This document shows positions 59,377 to 64,000 of a stretch of 64,000 bases of DNA, piece by piece. The position numbers and the translations under genes are program-made. Location: the NCBI GenBank assembly GCA_038887515.1, contig JAWAKK010000003.1, positions 11,482 through 75,481 of the forward strand, given 5' to 3'. Origin of the DNA: Candidatus Nezhaarchaeales archaeon (GTDB lineage Archaea > Thermoproteota > Methanomethylicia > Nezhaarchaeales > WYZ-LMO8). The notes beneath the pieces are model-generated. The model searched no databases and was not told the DNA's origin. It saw only the letters and a program-made list of their open reading frames with translations. The number at the start of each line of letters is the position of its first letter. Position 1 is the stretch's first letter.

Positions 59377-60678
59377 TTAAAATCCTGCTGCTATTGGGTC
59401 TTCAGGCTTAATGAACTCCCTCAAAAGTATGGTAGCGTAACTTGACTTTGGCAACAAGAAGCTCATCTTTAAAACTTCGTCCCCCTCAACATTATAGGAC
59501 AAGTTTATGGGCTTGAAAGCTATCTGCCTTAGGAGGCCGAGCCTGTTCTGCAAGCCCAATTCCTCAAGCCTCTTAAAGGGGGGCTCTAGGCCCTCCTTGT
59601 TAAGGAAAGAGAGTACTAACTCGATCATATATCCCTCGGGTCTAACTTTTACGCTCGCTGGAACGAAAGCTAGTATTAATTGGTTGCTTCCAAGGTTCAT
59701 TGATGAACTCTTCGCTACGAATGTTGGCCTCATCGGGTTTCCATAAGCATCGCATGTAGCTATTATATCACCTTCCATTACCCTCTCTAGGGAGCGTAAT
59801 TTACGAAACCTCTCGCTCAATGCCCTATTAAATATGTACGAAAGATAAGCGTCCACGTATAGTGCTATTACATACTTAGGTAGCCCCCTTAAGGAGCCTA
59901 AATAATCGTTAGGTCTATCTACGAGCCACTTTATCATTTGTCTCTCAAAAATTAAGCTTCTGGGAAAACTCTTGAGGGCCCTTTTGAAGTCCAAAGTCTC
60001 GGCCAAGAAAGCCCTAGCATCCCTATGGGGTTTGGGCTCATTGGGGTAAGGGGTTGCTAGAATTTCCATAACTGCCTTCTCGTATTCTCCTTGAAGTAGC
60101 AGTTTGCCTACTATGTGCGTGTTGGGTCTATTTATTCCGAATCGTTGGTAACCGTAGAAATTCGGCACTCCTCCCAGTTCATTTAGTTGTAAGAGGGCAT
60201 CTCTTATCAGAGCTTCGGCATCCTTGGCTGGCACTTCAAGCCCTCTAATGGTTATTGTAAAGCTGTTCCCAAATAACATGCCGGGTCTAAGGTGTTTCTT
60301 CGCCCTATACACTGCGAGGACCTTTAGTTTATTGTCTGATATCTTAGAAATATCGAAGTTCTCTGGAATTTTCAATGTAAACCTTTGTCTTGAGATTGAC
60401 CTAGTGTCCTTTAACCCTGCGAAGCCGACGTGTTTTAGTGGAATCCCTAATTTCCTTGAAAGCTTTATTGCTGCAGTCAATGTGTCTATTCCTCGTTTCT
60501 CGATCACCAGGAGGGTTAGGTCTCCTGAGGTACCTCCTTGAAGTGGTACCTCTTCGACTACGAAATCTTCTAATCTTCTTCTAATTGCCCCTCCAATCCC
60601 CCTAGTCGATGTTCCATATACCTCGATGCCTAAGAACTTGTCTAGCTCAGACTTAGATTCTAAAATCATTTCCATCAC
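59377..60678 (-). CDS. truD: tRNA pseudouridine synthase TruD/Pus7
   Basis: [34 protein letters not shown]. Confidence 0.94.
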   Translation of the reverse strand: MMEMILESKSELDKFLGIEVYGTSTRGIGGAIRRRLEDFVVEEVPLQGGTSGDLTLLVIEKRGIDTLTAAIKLSRKLGIPLKHVGFAGLKDTRSISRQRFTLKIPENFDISKISDNKLKVLAVYRAKKHLRPGMLFGNSFTITIRGLEVPAKDAEALIRDALLQLNELGGVPNFYGYQRFGINRPNTHIVGKLLLQGEYEKAVMEILATPYPNEPKPHRDARAFLAETLDFKRALKSFPRSLIFERQMIKWLVDRPNDYLGSLRGLPKYVIALYVDAYLSYIFNRALSERFRKLRSLERVMEGDIIATCDAYGNPMRPTFVAKSSSMNLGSNQLILAFVPASVKVRPEGYMIELVLSFLNKEGLEPPFKRLEELGLQNRLGLLRQIAFKPINLSYNVEGDEVLKMSFLLPKSSYATILLREFIKPEDPIAAGF

Positions 60679-61037
60679 AGTAACTTCAAGTAACCCGTTA
60701 CCTTATCGATTAGAGTGGACGGCGCAGGTCCTATACCCAGCGCTGTGACCGTACCTGGTTCAAGTTCGGTTAACCCCGCATCGCAGACTAAGTAGCAGGG
60801 TAGCTCAAGTTCTCTGGCCTTCCGCTCTAGAGCTCTAAGCTCCTCTTCAGACTGCACTGCTAAGACAACCTTCTTTTGACACTGCTTGAACCACTTCTCA
60901 ACCCACTCAGGCCTTAGTCTCCTCGCTTCTTCAAGGCTCGATACGGCAGCGTGAGCTACTTGAACGCACGTCTTTCCTTTACTCATCTTTAAATCTCCTC
61001 TAACGACGATTACCTGCTTGAAATCTATCGAGCCCAT
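60675..61037 (-). CDS. pth2: Peptidyl-tRNA hydrolase Pth2 (start ATG 61037)
   Basis: MSKGK..QVAHA, QKKVVL, DAGLTE, GIGP. Confidence 0.95.
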   Translation of the reverse strand: MGSIDFKQVIVVRGDLKMSKGKTCVQVAHAAVSSLEEARRLRPEWVEKWFKQCQKKVVLAVQSEEELRALERKARELELPCYLVCDAGLTELEPGTVTALGIGPAPSTLIDKVTGYLKLL

Positions 61038-61090
61038 AAAGCTGTTTAGGTTATAAGGGGCGCCCTTAATGAAGTTACTGGTGCAAGCTG

Positions 61091-62296
61091 TTGACTTACT
61101 CGGACGTCGTAGTAGTGGGCGGGGGCCCTTCAGGCTTAAGCGCTTCTTGGGGTGCAGCATCCCACGGAGTAGACGTCATGTTGCTAGAAGAACATGAAGA
61201 GATAGGGAGACCAAGACATTGTACAGGTCTAGTTAGTGGTGAAGGGTTAAAAATCATCGGCATGCCTTGTAAAGGCGATTACATAGAGAATAAGGTCTGG
61301 AGGGCCATAATAATCGTCGGCAACCGCGCCGTCGAGTTAAGGAAGCTAGGAGAGCCGGTCTACGTGTTAAACCGTGAAAAGTTCGATAAAGCTATGGCTG
61401 ATCGAGCGGCTGACTCCGGAGCTGTTATATTAACGGGGGATCGAGTTAAGAGGATACACGTAAGTGAAGGCATGTTTACGGTCAAAACAACAAAAACATC
61501 TTACTCTTGTAGGGTCGTAATCGATGGCGAGGGGGCATCCTCTAAGCTTGCGAGAAGTATGGGCTTAGACGGACCAAAACTCAGGATACCTGCTCTCCAA
61601 GTTGAAGTTTACGGCGAGGCGACTTTATGCGACGAAGTCCTTGTAATCGTAGGCGATCAATGGGCTCCGGGCTTCTTTGCTTGGGTTGTACCCACGGGCG
61701 ACGATAGGCTACGGGTGGGGCTTGCATCAACTATTGGGCGTCGCAACAACTTGTTGACAAACTTCATTAAGAGGCACCCCCTAATCTCTGGGCTACTAAG
61801 GAATCATCAAATAAAGGAGATGTATGGAGGTCTTATAGCTATAGGTCCTCCCGATAGAACTCATAGCGGTAACTTTATGATTGTAGGCGATGCGGCCGGT
61901 CAAACAAAGCCCTTAACCGGTGGGGGCGTAGTTTACGGATCCCTATGCGGCTTCCTAGCAGGCATGACCGCATCAAAAATTATTGATGGAAGGGCTGAAG
62001 CGACTCTCTATGAGAGGACCTGGAGAAGGTTGTTGAGCTTAGAGGAAGAGTTAGGCGTCCCATTAAGGAAATTCTTGGTCGGTGAAGACAGCGTAGAGAT
62101 GCTCTTGGGGCTACTCTCGAGGACCAACGTGCTATCGTATATTGAGAGGAACGCCCACTATGAAAGCCATGTGGCTTCAATCATAAAGAAACCCGGGGTA
62201 CTGCTATTAAGCTCCTTGATTTTTGTTTTCGTAGCTTCAATAAAAGCATTTAAATACTTCTTAGAAGTCCTGCTTCCTAAACGGGGGAGAAAATGA
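61091..62296 (+). CDS. Geranylgeranyl reductase family FAD oxidoreductase
   Basis: [34 protein letters not shown]. Confidence 0.88.
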   Translation: MTYSDVVVVGGGPSGLSASWGAASHGVDVMLLEEHEEIGRPRHCTGLVSGEGLKIIGMPCKGDYIENKVWRAIIIVGNRAVELRKLGEPVYVLNREKFDKAMADRAADSGAVILTGDRVKRIHVSEGMFTVKTTKTSYSCRVVIDGEGASSKLARSMGLDGPKLRIPALQVEVYGEATLCDEVLVIVGDQWAPGFFAWVVPTGDDRLRVGLASTIGRRNNLLTNFIKRHPLISGLLRNHQIKEMYGGLIAIGPPDRTHSGNFMIVGDAAGQTKPLTGGGVVYGSLCGFLAGMTASKIIDGRAEATLYERTWRRLLSLEEELGVPLRKFLVGEDSVEMLLGLLSRTNVLSYIERNAHYESHVASIIKKPGVLLLSSLIFVFVASIKAFKYFLEVLLPKRGRK

Positions 62297-62297
62297 C

Positions 62298-62474
62298 TTG
62301 ACAGAAGTACAACTACCCCTATGCTCATCCTGTAAAAGACCCATAATCCCGGGAACGAAGAGCACTAAATTTTATTGTCCTAATTGTGGGGAAACACTCT
62401 TCTGGAGATGTTGGTACTGTAGAAAACACGCCAAGCCTTATAAGTGTCCCAAGTGTGGTTTTCAGGGACCCTAG
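62298..62474 (+). CDS. Small Zn-finger protein (HVO_2753/DUF1610 family); not in the ORF track
   Basis: TTG start; CSSC, FYCPNCG, RCWYCR, YKCPKCGFQGP; directly upstream of EF-1beta. Confidence 0.92.
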   Translation: MTEVQLPLCSSCKRPIIPGTKSTKFYCPNCGETLFWRCWYCRKHAKPYKCPKCGFQGP

Positions 62475-62765
62475 GTGATTCGTTTGGCTAAAGTTGTGGT
62501 CCTATTAAGGATACTACCGGCTGATGTAGAAGTAGACGTTGAGACTTTAAAGGATAAAATTCAATCGGCTATAGCCAAACTAGGTGAGGGCTTCGCACTA
62601 CAATCTTACGAGGTAGAGTCGATAGCCTTTGGGCTTAAAGCTTTAAGAGTCGCAATAGTGATGCCGGAGGACGTTGAGGGAGGTACTTACATTTTAGAGG
62701 AAGCCGTAAGGAACGTTGATGGTGTCGGGGAAATAGAGGTAGAGTTTGTCTCGAGGATAAGTTGA
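62475..62765 (+). CDS. ef1b: Elongation factor 1-beta
   Basis: ILPADVEVD, IAFGLKAL. Confidence 0.93.
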   Translation: MIRLAKVVVLLRILPADVEVDVETLKDKIQSAIAKLGEGFALQSYEVESIAFGLKALRVAIVMPEDVEGGTYILEEAVRNVDGVGEIEVEFVSRIS

Positions 62766-62891
62766 GGGGGAAGCTTAATTAAGAAGAAAGTAGAGCTCTA
62801 CCATGCTAGGCCAGAGACCTCATTTATATTTCACGTCCTGCCCTAAGGGTATGGGTTAGATGAGAGGAGATCTATTAATTATGAGGTGTAA

Positions 62892-64000
<1,109 letters not shown>

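Overview
Archaeal chromosomal segment, almost certainly TACK/Thermoproteota-type (inferred from gene content, frequent TTG starts and intron-bearing tRNAs). It is densely packed with housekeeping genes for translation, RNA modification, the proteasome, lipid synthesis, SAM/methionine metabolism and hydrogenase maturation, plus a split A/V-type ATPase cluster. It has six tRNAs, three with introns. I found no mobile elements or CRISPR. The main result is that hypD (935 to <1, minus strand, missed by the ORF track) is interrupted inside its conserved CGTHE motif by a 22-nt insertion containing a stop codon. The insertion folds into a canonical bulge-helix-bulge (BHB) motif, and cutting it by the tRNA-endonuclease rule restores the reading frame exactly. 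This makes it a candidate EndA-spliced mRNA intron in a metabolic gene; an EndA subunit gene is also in the window. Other notable items: a C/D-box sRNA whose two guides match the 16S 5' end and the h27 region near the central pseudoknot; an ATPase subunit I with a tandemly duplicated N-terminal domain; an AtpZ-like/subunit C fusion; a ribophorin-I-like protein; a TmcA/Nat10-ASCH gene pair; a perfect 44-bp palindrome upstream of glnA; and single genes lying inverted within normally co-directional clusters. All calls come from reading the sequence by eye; no database searches were run.
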